64,000 bases of DNA from NCBI GenBank assembly GCA_964627845.1, contig CAZVKL010000001.1:95370-159369 (forward strand), read 5' to 3'. Both the position numbers and the translations under genes were made by a program. Under the pieces are notes generated by a model. It made no database searches. It was given only the letters and a program-made list of their open reading frames with translations, and was not told the origin of the DNA. Position 1 is the stretch's first letter; every line of letters starts with the position of its first letter. This DNA comes from an uncultured Erysipelothrix sp. (GTDB lineage Bacteria > Bacillota_I > Bacilli_A > Erysipelotrichales > Erysipelotrichaceae). This document shows positions 47,017-57,330 of the stretch, piece after piece.

Positions 47017-48070
47017 GGATCCATTCTATAATTTTTTCGATTGCATCGACTTTTGAAAACTTCTGACAGTTTTGTCGCATGCTGTTTAATTGTTCTTTGT
47101 TATTCAACAACTGATTAATTTGGTCAAATAAGATTTGTGACGATAACTCTTTCTCTTCAATTAATTGAGCTGCCCCATTATTTTTAAGCTCTAAAGCATT
47201 GTAATACTGATGATTGGCCACAACATAAGGCGATGGAACATAAATAGCGGGTGTTAAGGATGCCGTGATTTCAGCAACGGAAGTTGCTCCGGCACGACTA
47301 ATGACCAAGTCACAATGTTTTAACAATTGAATTTGATCCACACTTTCAAAAACAAAGACATTCTGATGGTCTTTTAATTGTTGAGACATTGATTCCATCT
47401 GGCGACCTGCCGATATTACAAATTGATAATCATTGATTGGATTATCTATTAAATAATCTAGGACCATTTTACTCATTGATTCTGAACCTAAGGACCCCAT
47501 CACAAAATAAACAATTGGGCCGGTCTTTGACAAACCTAATGATGCTAGATATGTCTCATCTTTTTCTACTTCAGCAGCAATGGTTGCTCTAGGATTACCT
47601 AGAAAACGGATGTCAGGATGATTAAATTGTTTGATGACTTCTTCAAAACAAACAATGATTCCTGCACACTCTTTTTGAACCATTTTATTGGCTTTACCAG
47701 CCACAGAATTTTGTTCATGGATTAAATAAGGAATTTTATATTTCTTAGCCGCATAACATGCTGGAAAAGTGACATAACCACCAAAGCTAATGACCATGTC
47801 AATTTGATTTTCTTTTAAGTATTTCTTCGCGGTTAAAATCGCTTTAAACTGACTGGTAATTCCTTTCAGCTTTGCTTTTAGACCTGGTTTTAAGCCTTCG
47901 TTATCGATGGCTAAAAATGTGTATGGTTTTTCACGCACTAAGCGTTCTTCCATTTTACCTTTATTTCCAATATAAAAGATGGTATGACCCTGTTTAATCA
48001 GTTCATCCCCCAAGGCTAAGGCTGGGTAGATATGACCACCCGTCCCCCCTGCTGTTAGACATATATTCAT
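46994..48070 (-). CDS. murG: undecaprenyldiphospho-muramoylpentapeptide beta-N-acetylglucosaminyltransferase
   Basis: GGTGGHIYPALA; HEQNSVAGKANK; 358 aa. Confidence 0.93.
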   Translation of the reverse strand: MNICLTAGGTGGHIYPALALGDELIKQGHTIFYIGNKGKMEERLVREKPYTFLAIDNEGLKPGLKAKLKGITSQFKAILTAKKYLKENQIDMVISFGGYVTFPACYAAKKYKIPYLIHEQNSVAGKANKMVQKECAGIIVCFEEVIKQFNHPDIRFLGNPRATIAAEVEKDETYLASLGLSKTGPIVYFVMGSLGSESMSKMVLDYLIDNPINDYQFVISAGRQMESMSQQLKDHQNVFVFESVDQIQLLKHCDLVISRAGATSVAEITASLTPAIYVPSPYVVANHQYYNALELKNNGAAQLIEEKELSSQILFDQINQLLNNKEQLNSMRQNCQKFSKVDAIEKIIEWIHEVHHDN

Positions 48071-48073
48071 AGA

Positions 48074-49093
48074 TTAATCCTCAAATTCTTGTTCAAATAA
48101 GTTAGTGTTATACGATAGTTTTAAATGTTGATACGCTTTTTGAGTCACAACGCGACCCCTTGGAGTTCGATTTATGAACCCAATCTGAAGTAAATAAGGC
48201 TCATAAACATCCTCGAGGGTCATCGTTTCCTCTGAAATTGAACTGGCTAATGCATCAAGACCGACTGGCCCACCATTAAATCGTTCAATTATTCCTTTTA
48301 AGTAACGAATATCGACATCATCTAAGCCTAGTTCATCAACTTTTAATTGACTTAACGCATAACCGGTAATTTCTTGGTCAATGATATTGTTATTGAGTAC
48401 TTGTCCAAAATCTCGAACTCGTCTTAATAATCGATTCGCAATTCTTGGGGTTCCTCGACTTCGCTTGGCAATCTCGAGAATGCCATCTTCATTAATTTCA
48501 GTACTTAGGACACGGGCACTACGACGAATGATTTGTTGGAGCTCTTGCTGGGTATAATATTCTAATTTAGAAATAATCCCAAAACGATCGCGTAATGGTG
48601 AACTTAAGTCACCAGCTCGTGTAGTCGCACCCACCAATGTAAAGGGTGGTAAATCGATTTGTATCGAACGAACGGTTGCATCTTTTCCAACAACCACATC
48701 CAATACAAAATCTTCCATGGCTGAATACAAGACTTCTTCCACTACTTTGGGTAGTCGATGAATCTCGTCAATAAATAAGACATCGCCAGGTTCAAGGGCT
48801 GATAGAATGGCTGCTAAGTCACCAGTTCTTTCAATCGATGGACCTGTCACAACCTTAATATGTGTTCCCATTTCATGGGCGATAATATAGGCTAAGGTTG
48901 TTTTTCCTAAACCTGGAGGTCCATAGAGTAACACATGGTCTAAAGCCTCTTGACGATTAAGAGCAGCTTTAATATATACTTTTAAGTTTGTCTTTAAATC
49001 CTCTTGCCCAACATAATCACTCATTTGATGAGGTCTTAGACCTTCTTCTTGGTGATCCAATTCGGTTTCGAGTGAATCCATCATTCGGCTCAT
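48074..49093 (-). CDS. ruvB: Holliday junction branch migration helicase RuvB
   Basis: [38 protein letters not shown]. Confidence 0.95.
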   Translation of the reverse strand: MSRMMDSLETELDHQEEGLRPHQMSDYVGQEDLKTNLKVYIKAALNRQEALDHVLLYGPPGLGKTTLAYIIAHEMGTHIKVVTGPSIERTGDLAAILSALEPGDVLFIDEIHRLPKVVEEVLYSAMEDFVLDVVVGKDATVRSIQIDLPPFTLVGATTRAGDLSSPLRDRFGIISKLEYYTQQELQQIIRRSARVLSTEINEDGILEIAKRSRGTPRIANRLLRRVRDFGQVLNNNIIDQEITGYALSQLKVDELGLDDVDIRYLKGIIERFNGGPVGLDALASSISEETMTLEDVYEPYLLQIGFINRTPRGRVVTQKAYQHLKLSYNTNLFEQEFED

Positions 49094-49104
49094 AGCATTC
49101 CTTT

Positions 49105-49677
49105 CTACTTAATTTTTAATAGTAACTGTAATCCTTGTTTAATATATTCATCTGTTTTTAAACCAGGGTGTTTTAATAGTTCTTTTTCAACAGAATTTAA
49201 CTCACTTTGTTTGTAACCTAAATTCTTGAGTCCACTGATTGCTTCCATTAATTCTTGAGAAACATTCCCTTTATTATGGTCAGAATCGACAAGTTTTCCT
49301 TTTAAATCTAAAACAATTTGACTCGCAGTTTTAGCCCCAACCCCGGGTAAACTCTTTAGATAGCTCACATCACCATCTTCAATGGCATGAATTAGACGAT
49401 CTCCGGTACTTCTTGAAAAGAAATTCATCGCTCCCTTAGGACCAATCCCTTTAACAGAGATGAGTCTTAAGAATAGGTTTAAATCGCGTTGACTTAAGAA
49501 ACCAAAAAGAGTCAAGGCATCTTCTCGTACATTTAAATACGTATAAACCTTGACTGATTCGCCAATCTTAACTCGGTCAGCTGAGGCAAATCCAATTTGA
49601 AATCCCATCCCATTGACATTAACAATAATTGAATCAGTGGTTACCTCATCAATGACCCCTCTAATAAATGAAATCAT
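49105..49677 (-). CDS. ruvA: Holliday junction DNA helicase RuvA
   Basis: MISFIRGVI...GMGFQI...VKGIGPKGA...LPGVGAKTA HhH motifs. Confidence 0.93.
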   Translation of the reverse strand: MISFIRGVIDEVTTDSIIVNVNGMGFQIGFASADRVKIGESVKVYTYLNVREDALTLFGFLSQRDLNLFLRLISVKGIGPKGAMNFFSRSTGDRLIHAIEDGDVSYLKSLPGVGAKTASQIVLDLKGKLVDSDHNKGNVSQELMEAISGLKNLGYKQSELNSVEKELLKHPGLKTDEYIKQGLQLLLKIK

Positions 49678-49707
49678 TTTATCACCTAATTTATTATATC
49701 ATCTTTC

Positions 49708-50988
49708 CTACTGGTCAATGAACTCAAATTGTACTGACTCTAATATGATGGTATCTCCATGTTTCACACCTTGATCTCTTAAGTATTGGTCAACACCTAA
49801 ATGTTTTAAACGTGTTGCGAAATGGGTGATTGAATCTTCAGAATTTTCATCCAACTGTCTAAACTCATGTTCTAATTTAGCACCGCTTAATTGCCATAAA
49901 CCATCATTTAGTTTCTCAACTTGATAGCCTCTTTCTGGTGCTTCATATTTGAAGACGACTTCATCCTCAACGGGTTGAGATTCAAATAAGTCGTAATCAA
50001 TCGACTCAAGTTTATCTGCAATCGCATAAACTAATCTTTGTGTCCCAGTTTGAGTTAAAGTGACGGTTTCATAGACATCGACATCCGGGTACTTCACTTT
50101 GAACTTTTCTAAGTTCTCTTGCGCCCCATCTAAATCCATTTTATTTGCGACAACAATCATCTCACGTTCTAACAAACGGTGTTGATACTCTTTGAGCTCG
50201 TTCATAATAATTTGGTAGTCTTCTAATGGATCACGACCTTCAGATCCTGACATATCTAGAATATGGACTAATAACCGACAACGTTCAATGTGTTTTAAAA
50301 ATTGATGGCCTAAGCCCTTGCCTTGAGCTGCATTTTCAATCAAACCAGGTAAGTCGGCCATCACAAAGGAACGATTATCCCCTGCTTGAACAACCCCTAA
50401 ATTAGGTACAATGGTTGTAAAGTGATAATCCCCGATTTCAGGTTTTGCTGCTGAGACAACGGATAATAGCGTGGATTTACCAACGCTTGGGAAACCAACT
50501 AATCCGACATCGGCTAATAATTTTAGTTCGACTTCAATCTGAAATTCTTGTCCAAGTTCGCCCACTTCAGCAATATCGGGGGCAGGGTTTTTTGCGGTCG
50601 CAAAACGGAAGTTTCCACGACCCCCTTTTCCACCATGGGCAATAATCGCTGATTGACCAGGATTGACTAAATCAGCAATTAATTGACCCGATTCTTTTTC
50701 TCGGACCATTGTTCCTGGTGGCACTTTGACGATTAAGTCCTCCCCATCGGCACCGTGCATTTTTTTGTTTTTACCATTGTCACCATTTTTTGCTTTTAAA
50801 TGATGTTGAAAGCGCAAATCTAATAGGGTTGATTTATGGGTATCGACCACAAAGACAATGTCTCCCCCTTTTCCACCATCACCACCATAAGGTCCTCCAA
50901 ATGGGACATATTTTTCACGACGAAAAGAGGCCATTCCATTGCCGCCATTGCCTGCTTTAATTTGTAGTGTAACTCGATCGATAAACAT
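49708..50988 (-). CDS. obg: GTPase Obg/CgtA
   Basis: MFIDRVTLQIKAGNGGNG Obg fold, GFPSVGKSTLL, DLPGLIE, NKMD, C-terminal TGS-like domain. Confidence 0.95.
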   Translation of the reverse strand: MFIDRVTLQIKAGNGGNGMASFRREKYVPFGGPYGGDGGKGGDIVFVVDTHKSTLLDLRFQHHLKAKNGDNGKNKKMHGADGEDLIVKVPPGTMVREKESGQLIADLVNPGQSAIIAHGGKGGRGNFRFATAKNPAPDIAEVGELGQEFQIEVELKLLADVGLVGFPSVGKSTLLSVVSAAKPEIGDYHFTTIVPNLGVVQAGDNRSFVMADLPGLIENAAQGKGLGHQFLKHIERCRLLVHILDMSGSEGRDPLEDYQIIMNELKEYQHRLLEREMIVVANKMDLDGAQENLEKFKVKYPDVDVYETVTLTQTGTQRLVYAIADKLESIDYDLFESQPVEDEVVFKYEAPERGYQVEKLNDGLWQLSGAKLEHEFRQLDENSEDSITHFATRLKHLGVDQYLRDQGVKHGDTIILESVQFEFIDQ

Positions 50989-51009
50989 ATTATCAAATCC
51001 CTTCTTTTA

Positions 51010-51038
51010 TGAAAAAAGTCTCGGTTAGGAGACTTTTT
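51010..51038 (-). terminator. intrinsic terminator/attenuator between rpmA and obg
   Basis: - strand AGTCTC-CTAACC-GAGACT followed by T6. It overlaps the rpmA stop codon. Confidence 0.6.
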
Positions 51039-51321
51039 AAGCGGCTGGATAAACTGAAACTTGTTTCTTGTTTTTTCCGACTCGTTCGAATTTAACAACA
51101 CCATCTACTTTTGAGAATAACGTGTCATCTCCCCCACGACCAACATTGATGCCTGGGTGAATTTTTGTACCACGTTGGCGATACAAAATAGAACCAGCAG
51201 AGACTTCTTGTCCGTCAGAGCGTTTCGCTCCTAATCGCTTCGAATGAGAATCACGACCGTTCTTTGTCGAACCGACTCCCTTTTTAGAAGCAAAGAATTG
51301 AATATTTAAAGTGAATTTCAT
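51037..51321 (-). CDS. rpmA: 50S ribosomal protein L27 with N-terminal propeptide
   Basis: [25 protein letters not shown] shows the Firmicute Prp cleavage motif before the mature ASKKG N-terminus. Confidence 0.95.
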   Translation of the reverse strand: MKFTLNIQFFASKKGVGSTKNGRDSHSKRLGAKRSDGQEVSAGSILYRQRGTKIHPGINVGRGGDDTLFSKVDGVVKFERVGKNKKQVSVYPAA

Positions 51322-51632
51322 TATTTCACCTCCTGAATTGTAATGTAATTTGGAAATTGATTGGCAATTGTTTGAAGTTGAATCAAACCAACTTCTAATA
51401 TCATTTGTCCAGCCTCGGATATTTTGGATGTTGACGCAAACATCACTTGTTTTTCATCATCCACAACGGTTTGGTATTTGGTTTTAATATCCAGTGCATT
51501 TAATAATCCAACCATAATGCTGGAAACACCTGCACAGACGATATCTTTGCCATAATCATCAAATAACGCATGCCCACTTACTGTCAATGACGTAATGGCA
51601 TCCTTTTCTTTCTTAACACTAACTTGAATCAT
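51321..51632 (-). CDS. prp: ribosomal-processing cysteine protease Prp (YsxB)
   Basis: 103 aa between rplU and rpmA. GHA...DIVCAGVS carries the His/Cys dyad. Confidence 0.88.
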   Translation of the reverse strand: MIQVSVKKEKDAITSLTVSGHALFDDYGKDIVCAGVSSIMVGLLNALDIKTKYQTVVDDEKQVMFASTSKISEAGQMILEVGLIQLQTIANQFPNYITIQEVK

Positions 51633-51943
51633 TAAGCGTTAATAGAATCAATAGTCAACTTAGTATATGGTTGACGGTGACCTTGTTTACGACGGGTAGA
51701 TCCTTTTTTAGCTTTATACTTGAAGATAGTAATCTTCTTGCCACGACCATTTTTATTAACAGTCGCCTTAACTGTTGCTCCATCAACATATGGAGTTCCA
51801 GCAGTTAATGTTTTATCACCCACAACAAGCACTTTGTCAAAAACAACTTCATCGCCTTCATTTGCTTCGAGTTTTTCAACCCAAATTTCTTGGCCTACTT
51901 CAACTTTTAGTTGTTTTCCACCTGTTTCGATAACAGCGTACAT
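51632..51943 (-). CDS. rplU: 50S ribosomal protein L21
   Basis: [18 protein letters not shown]... ATG at 51943 follows GAGGAGG. The track start at 51958 is a GTG inside the RBS. Confidence 0.95.
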   Translation of the reverse strand: MYAVIETGGKQLKVEVGQEIWVEKLEANEGDEVVFDKVLVVGDKTLTAGTPYVDGATVKATVNKNGRGKKITIFKYKAKKGSTRRKQGHRQPYTKLTIDSINA

Positions 51944-51958
51944 ATCGCACCTCCTCAC

Positions 51959-52066
51959 TTTTTCTATGACTCGCCAGGTAAGGTGTCCAAAGGAACTTAC
52001 AGACCCTACTTTGAGCGGTTGTATGCACTACAACGCGTCTGCTTAAACATAAGCTAACCAATTATA
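51959..52066 (-). promoter_or_regulatory. rplU promoter (TGCTATAAT) and probable L21 leader structure
   Basis: - strand TATAAT at 52061-52066 with TG extension. The roughly 100-nt structured leader (GCAGACGCGTTGTAGTGCATACAACCGC...GGTCTGTAAGTTCCTTTGGACACCTTACCTGGCGAG) is in the position of the Firmicute L21 leader. I cannot verify the covariation model by eye. Confidence 0.4.
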
Positions 52067-52112
52067 GCACAAAGTTTTAAGAAATGTCCAAAAAATTGCT
52101 ATTTCTGAAAAT

Positions 52113-53588
52113 TTATCCGACCAGCGGTATTTCAACAAAGAACGTCGTTCGTTTTTCAACCTCTGAAATAACCCCATAAGGATAATTTCCACGCTCACAA
52201 ATTGCCTTACAGATTGCCAAACCAAGCCCTGTTCCTTGTCTGGCTCGTTGATAATTCTTGTTGACCTTATAGTATCTGTCCCAGACATAATTGATGTCTT
52301 CAACCTTAATTCCATCACCATGATCTTCTACTTCAACACGCGCATAGCCCGTCTCTTCAATTTCTAACAATCGAATGACAACGAGCCGATCTTCACCAAT
52401 GAATTTGATCGCATTCGAAATATAATTAACGATCACTTGTCTAAGTTTAATCTCATCTCCTAATACCATTCGATTAATGCTTCCAACCACTTCAATCATG
52501 ACACTTTGTTGTGAACTGACCACTTTAAACGAAGAAACAATGGACTTAACCAATGAATTGATATTAAATTCTTGTTCAATCAAACGGGTTGGATCGGATT
52601 GCATCTGCGACAAGGTCATCATATCCGTTAATAACTTATTCAACTGATCCACTTCCGATTGAATAATCTCTAAATGTTGATTCCGTTTAATGGGATCATC
52701 CCCAGAAATATCTTGAATCATCTCTGCATACGCCGAGATCATGGTTAATGGTGTTCGAATATCATGTGATATATTGGCTAGTAAATCCGTTCTAAGATTG
52801 TCTGTTTTAGCCATCTCTTGAGTTGCATAGTTAAGCGTGTCGGCTAGATTATCAATTTCGGTATAGCCCCCTTGTTCAAAGTTAACATTCTTCATTCCCT
52901 TAGCTAAGTTTCTAGCTGAGTTACTCATATTAATGATTGGTTTTGAGAACAAGCGACTGATGACAAACGCAATAAACCCGCCTAAGAATAATACACCAAT
53001 AATAATAAAGAAAAATTGTGTCTGTAACACGTCGATGGTGGACTCTAGTAATTCATAAGGTGTATTGATAAAGACATAATAGGCATCATTCTCTAAATCA
53101 ATTTTATGCGCATAAAAGAGTTGGCTTGAAATCTGATCATTAGGAGTCACTCTAAAATAATAAGACGTTTCTTCTAGTTCATTAAAGGTTTCAATATATT
53201 GGTTCATAATGAGTGATGGATTATCATATGAACGAGCCGAGGGCTTAATTAAATAATGCAAATAACAAGAGGATCCCATTGGATTAATTTCGAGTTGCAT
53301 AATCGAATCACGATCAAAAGCATAAATACAGAGATTATTATCATAGGCATAGTTTCTTAAATCGGTGTATGCCTGTTCAAATTGACCATTGTTATGAATG
53401 GCTTCAATGGGTGATTCCATTTGAAAAGCAGCTTCCTCAACTCGATTTAAGACGGTGTTTTGATAGAAGGTTGGTAATAATAAAATTTGTAACAAATACA
53501 CCAAGGTTAAAAGCGCTAGTACTAAACCAACGATATAGACAAACATTCTAAATCCGATTGAGCGCAACCACCTATGTATTCGTTTCAA
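52113..53588 (-). CDS. sensor histidine kinase (two TM segments, HAMP, HisKA, HATPase_c)
   Basis: H-box SHDIRTPLT, N-box NYISNAIKF, DHGDGI, GTGLGLAI. Confidence 0.9.
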   Translation of the reverse strand: MKRIHRWLRSIGFRMFVYIVGLVLALLTLVYLLQILLLPTFYQNTVLNRVEEAAFQMESPIEAIHNNGQFEQAYTDLRNYAYDNNLCIYAFDRDSIMQLEINPMGSSCYLHYLIKPSARSYDNPSLIMNQYIETFNELEETSYYFRVTPNDQISSQLFYAHKIDLENDAYYVFINTPYELLESTIDVLQTQFFFIIIGVLFLGGFIAFVISRLFSKPIINMSNSARNLAKGMKNVNFEQGGYTEIDNLADTLNYATQEMAKTDNLRTDLLANISHDIRTPLTMISAYAEMIQDISGDDPIKRNQHLEIIQSEVDQLNKLLTDMMTLSQMQSDPTRLIEQEFNINSLVKSIVSSFKVVSSQQSVMIEVVGSINRMVLGDEIKLRQVIVNYISNAIKFIGEDRLVVIRLLEIEETGYARVEVEDHGDGIKVEDINYVWDRYYKVNKNYQRARQGTGLGLAICKAICERGNYPYGVISEVEKRTTFFVEIPLVG

Positions 53589-54240
53589 ATAAATACCCCA
53601 TTCCTCTCACTGTTTTGATTTTATGGCGATAAGGGCCTAAACTTTGTCTTAACATTTTAATATGCGTATCGACTGTGCGATCATCGCCACTAAAATCATC
53701 CGACCAAACATGGTTAACAATCATGTCACGGGTACACACTTGATTCGCATGTTTCACTAAATACAGAAGTAATTCATATTCTTTTAGTTTAAGATTCACG
53801 CGCCTAGAATCGATTTCAATATAACGACCTAAGGTATTGATTGTTAATCCATCAAAATGATAGGTTGTTTGTTTTGTGTTTTGACTCGAGCGTTGGGTTA
53901 TCACATTGATGCGGGCCATTAATTCTTTGGCTGAGAATGGCTTTGTCATGTAATCATCGACGCCCATTTTAAAACCATACAGCTTATCATCTTCACTGTG
54001 TCTTGCTGAAAGCATTAAAACAGGTATTTCTTTAATTTCTTTTATTTTCTTCGTCGTGACAAAACCATCTAAATCAGGCATCATCACATCCATAATGATG
54101 ACATCATAATCATTAACGACGACTTTTTCAATGGCTTCATAGCCTCCTGAGGCTCCCTCACAGCTATGACCATATAACTGCGCATATTCCCTGACAATAT
54201 CGTGGATCGATAGTTCATCATCGACAACAAGTATTTTCAT
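53572..54240 (-). CDS. OmpR-family response regulator
   Basis: MKILVVDDE...IMDVMMPDLDG...TKPF receiver domain plus winged-helix (TVDTHIKMLRQSL...VRGMGY). Confidence 0.92.
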   Translation of the reverse strand: MKILVVDDELSIHDIVREYAQLYGHSCEGASGGYEAIEKVVVNDYDVIIMDVMMPDLDGFVTTKKIKEIKEIPVLMLSARHSEDDKLYGFKMGVDDYMTKPFSAKELMARINVITQRSSQNTKQTTYHFDGLTINTLGRYIEIDSRRVNLKLKEYELLLYLVKHANQVCTRDMIVNHVWSDDFSGDDRTVDTHIKMLRQSLGPYRHKIKTVRGMGYLFETNT

Positions 54241-54241
54241 T

Positions 54242-57200
54242 TTATGTGACCCTTTCTAAATGTTTAATAATAAAGCTTCGTTTGTTTTCATCGGCACTAG
54301 ATTGACCTTGTCCACTTACTAAGTAGACCGATGAGGTGCTCAAGATTTCTTTGTATTTTGGAAACTCTCGAGGAAATAAGACCGCTTCAATTGAATTTAA
54401 CTCATCTTCTAAAACTAAGAATGCCATAGGCTCTCGTTTCTTTGTCATTATTTCTTTAAACTCGACAATCGAGGCATAGAAACTAAAATATCCAGAAGTG
54501 TTGATGGCCTGTGAAAGATGATTAGGCAAAGCTGGATGTGTTTCTTTGACACTCATAACAGGATGTGTTGAAAGATGAAAGCCAAGGACTTCCTGTTCCT
54601 GTCTGGATAAGACCACTTTATTCTCTCTGATTTTATAGATCGTTGGCTCCCCTATCAAATCAGGTTCAAGAATTATTTGTTGATCTAGTTCGACTTTAAT
54701 AATTTCAGCATAATTAAGTACTTCAGGAAGATTATGGATCATGGTCGCTCTTGAAAGGTTAAACTCATCAAATGCGCCCGCATAAATTAAATTTTCTATC
54801 TGTGTTTGATTAATCTTGATTTTATTTAGCCGAGCGACACAATCAATATACGATTTAAACAAGCCATTGCTGTATCTAACTTCCTCTATTTGTTTTGCTG
54901 AATGAACACCTATCGATCGAATCATCGACAAACCAAAACGGATGCCCCCCTCTTGTAACTTAAATGTCGCGTAAGAATAATTCATTGACGGAGGTAACAG
55001 TTTTATATTACGGCTCTTACACTCATTAATATACGCTTTGAGTTTAGACGTTGATCCAATCACACTATTTAGTAGTGCTTTATAAAATAAAAGCGGATAA
55101 TTCGCTTTCAGATACGCCATTTGATAAGAAATCTTGGCATAACTGACTGAATGCGCTTTATTGAATCCGTATTGAGCAAATCGTTCCATTAAGGTCCATA
55201 ATTCATGTGCGATTTGGGTTGGTTGGGCCAATAAGAACGCTTCTTTCATGGATTCCATGACAGCCATATCTTTAGAACTAATGGCTTTTCGAAGAATATC
55301 TGCCTTGGCATAACTAAACCCAGCAAATTCTCTGGCAATTTGAATGACTTGTTCTTGATAGATTAAAATCCCATGCGTTGATTTTAAAATTGGATCAACA
55401 CTTGGATGGATTGTTTGAATTAATTGTGGGTTTTTAGCGTTTTGAATGTATTGAGCTCGATTCTGCATGGGTCCAGGTCGATAGAGCGCAATCGCATCAA
55501 CAATATCTAAGAACTTCGTGGGATTCATTTGTTTAATTAAGGCCTTCATCCCATCACTTTCAAGTTGAAATAACCCTAAAGTATATCCACTCGCAATTAA
55601 TCGATATGTTTTCTGGTCATTAAGTGGGATCGTGTTTAAATCAAACGAAGGATCTGACTGCTGAATTTCCTGCTTAATATCTGAAATAATAGATAAATTC
55701 TTTAAACCTAAAAAGTCCATTTTAACTAAGCCTAAATCACTGAGTTGTTCCATTGTATATTGCGTACAGGCCATGCCATTGCTCAGTGTTACAGTTGGGA
55801 TGACGTCCCTTAATGGTTTTTGACTCAAGACAATTCCAGCCGCATGCAATGAACGCTGTCTTGGCAAGCCTTCTAACTTTAAAGCGACTTCAAAAACTCG
55901 CTTTGCATCAGGTTTAGTATTGATTAATTCACGCAATGTTTTTGATTCTTTAAGAGATTGTTGTAGCGTGGCAGTCGGTGATTGACTTAATGCCTTAGAC
56001 ATGGCATCAATTGTTTTTGTATGACAACCTAATACTTTACCTACATCGCGAATGACTTGTCTTTGAGACAAGGTTGAAAAAGTTATAATATGGGCCACAT
56101 GGTCTTGCCCGTATTTATTGACAACATAGTCAATGACTTCATCACGACGATTGTCTTCAAAATCAACGTCAATATCTGGCATTGAAATACGCTCTGGATT
56201 TAAGAATCGTTCGAAGATTAAATCATATTCTAGTGGGTCAATATCCGTAATTCCAATACTATAAGCCACTAAGGAAGCAGCGGCAGAACCTCGTCCTGGT
56301 CCCACTAAAATGCCCTTTTTCTTAGCATACAAGATAAAGTCATAGACGATTAAAAAATAATCATGGTACCCCATGGATAAAATGACATCGAGTTCATAAT
56401 CTAAACGTTGTTGGTAAGATTGAGGTAACTGGTTTGTTTCGAGTCGCTTCTTCAAACCTGTCTTGGCTAGTTCAGCTAAGAAAACCTCTGAATTAACATC
56501 ATATTCATTATGATATTGAACTAAACGAGTGTTAAATTCACTTAAGTCAACCTGACACTCTAAAGCCAATTGATTGGTATTTTTAATTGTTAAGGAATCA
56601 TATTGTTGTTCTCTTTGTTGGACACTTAAAATACTATGATACGGTTGAGCGATTAATCGTGAATCGCTTATTTCCACTTTCTGATCAATGGCTTGAGTTA
56701 TCTTAAGCATTTGTTGATCTTCTTCATCTTCATAATAGGCCAATTCCAGTGCCACTGTTTTAAGATTGTTTTGTTGGCAAATATTGATAAAGATTTTGTT
56801 TTTTTGATGAAATAAGGGTGAGGCCATCAATGAAAAACCAATTCTGAAATCTCTAAAATACTTCTGAAGTTCAAAAAGTTCATTGAGTGCTTTATCGTGA
56901 TTTTCTTGTAGTAAATCTTGTTCTATTTTTGAGCGTTCCGTACTTAGAATAACAACACAGTCTTTAGTGTGCTGTACTAACTGTTCAAATGTTAATGGCT
57001 CTATCGAAATCAAATGTGACAGTTGCATCAATTCTTTAAACCCATCGTTATTTTTAGCGATGACACAATAAACGCTGTCAAGAACATGTACTTCTAAGCC
57101 ATAGATTGGTTTGATAGCTTGATTTAGGCATTCGCGATAAAAATGATTGGCACCATACAAGACACCAACATCACAAAGTACAATGGCCTGATAACCTCGT

Positions 57201-57286
57201 TGTTTTGAGGTTGAGACTAATGTTTGGATATTCAATAGAGAATTCAAAAATGAATAAGTGGAGCGAGCTCCTAAAAGCGTGTTCAT
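54242..57286 (-). CDS. dnaE: DNA polymerase III alpha subunit DnaE (DnaE3-type, degenerate PHP)
   Basis: 1014 aa. Palm motif PDIDVDF, GLVKMDFLGL, FNKAHSVSYA, C-terminal OB domain. Confidence 0.93.
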   Translation of the reverse strand: MNTLLGARSTYSFLNSLLNIQTLVSTSKQRGYQAIVLCDVGVLYGANHFYRECLNQAIKPIYGLEVHVLDSVYCVIAKNNDGFKELMQLSHLISIEPLTFEQLVQHTKDCVVILSTERSKIEQDLLQENHDKALNELFELQKYFRDFRIGFSLMASPLFHQKNKIFINICQQNNLKTVALELAYYEDEEDQQMLKITQAIDQKVEISDSRLIAQPYHSILSVQQREQQYDSLTIKNTNQLALECQVDLSEFNTRLVQYHNEYDVNSEVFLAELAKTGLKKRLETNQLPQSYQQRLDYELDVILSMGYHDYFLIVYDFILYAKKKGILVGPGRGSAAASLVAYSIGITDIDPLEYDLIFERFLNPERISMPDIDVDFEDNRRDEVIDYVVNKYGQDHVAHIITFSTLSQRQVIRDVGKVLGCHTKTIDAMSKALSQSPTATLQQSLKESKTLRELINTKPDAKRVFEVALKLEGLPRQRSLHAAGIVLSQKPLRDVIPTVTLSNGMACTQYTMEQLSDLGLVKMDFLGLKNLSIISDIKQEIQQSDPSFDLNTIPLNDQKTYRLIASGYTLGLFQLESDGMKALIKQMNPTKFLDIVDAIALYRPGPMQNRAQYIQNAKNPQLIQTIHPSVDPILKSTHGILIYQEQVIQIAREFAGFSYAKADILRKAISSKDMAVMESMKEAFLLAQPTQIAHELWTLMERFAQYGFNKAHSVSYAKISYQMAYLKANYPLLFYKALLNSVIGSTSKLKAYINECKSRNIKLLPPSMNYSYATFKLQEGGIRFGLSMIRSIGVHSAKQIEEVRYSNGLFKSYIDCVARLNKIKINQTQIENLIYAGAFDEFNLSRATMIHNLPEVLNYAEIIKVELDQQIILEPDLIGEPTIYKIRENKVVLSRQEQEVLGFHLSTHPVMSVKETHPALPNHLSQAINTSGYFSFYASIVEFKEIMTKKREPMAFLVLEDELNSIEAVLFPREFPKYKEILSTSSVYLVSGQGQSSADENKRSFIIKHLERVT

Positions 57287-57300
57287 GCTCTTATTATACT

Positions 57301-57330
57301 AAAAAATCTTAACCATAGCAGTTAAGATTT
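57301..57330 (-). terminator. intrinsic terminator after the lipoprotein gene (repeat copy A)
   Basis: - strand AAATCTTAAC-TGCTATG-GTTAAGATT followed by T6. It overlaps the stop codon. Confidence 0.75.

Noticed and set aside
51720-52321. 108-aa + strand ORF antisense to rplU, and a 92-aa - strand ORF overlapping the kinase 3' end and the rplU leader
   Set aside because: The region is explained by rplU, its promoter and leader, and the histidine kinase C-terminus. Neither ORF has an RBS or a recognisable motif.
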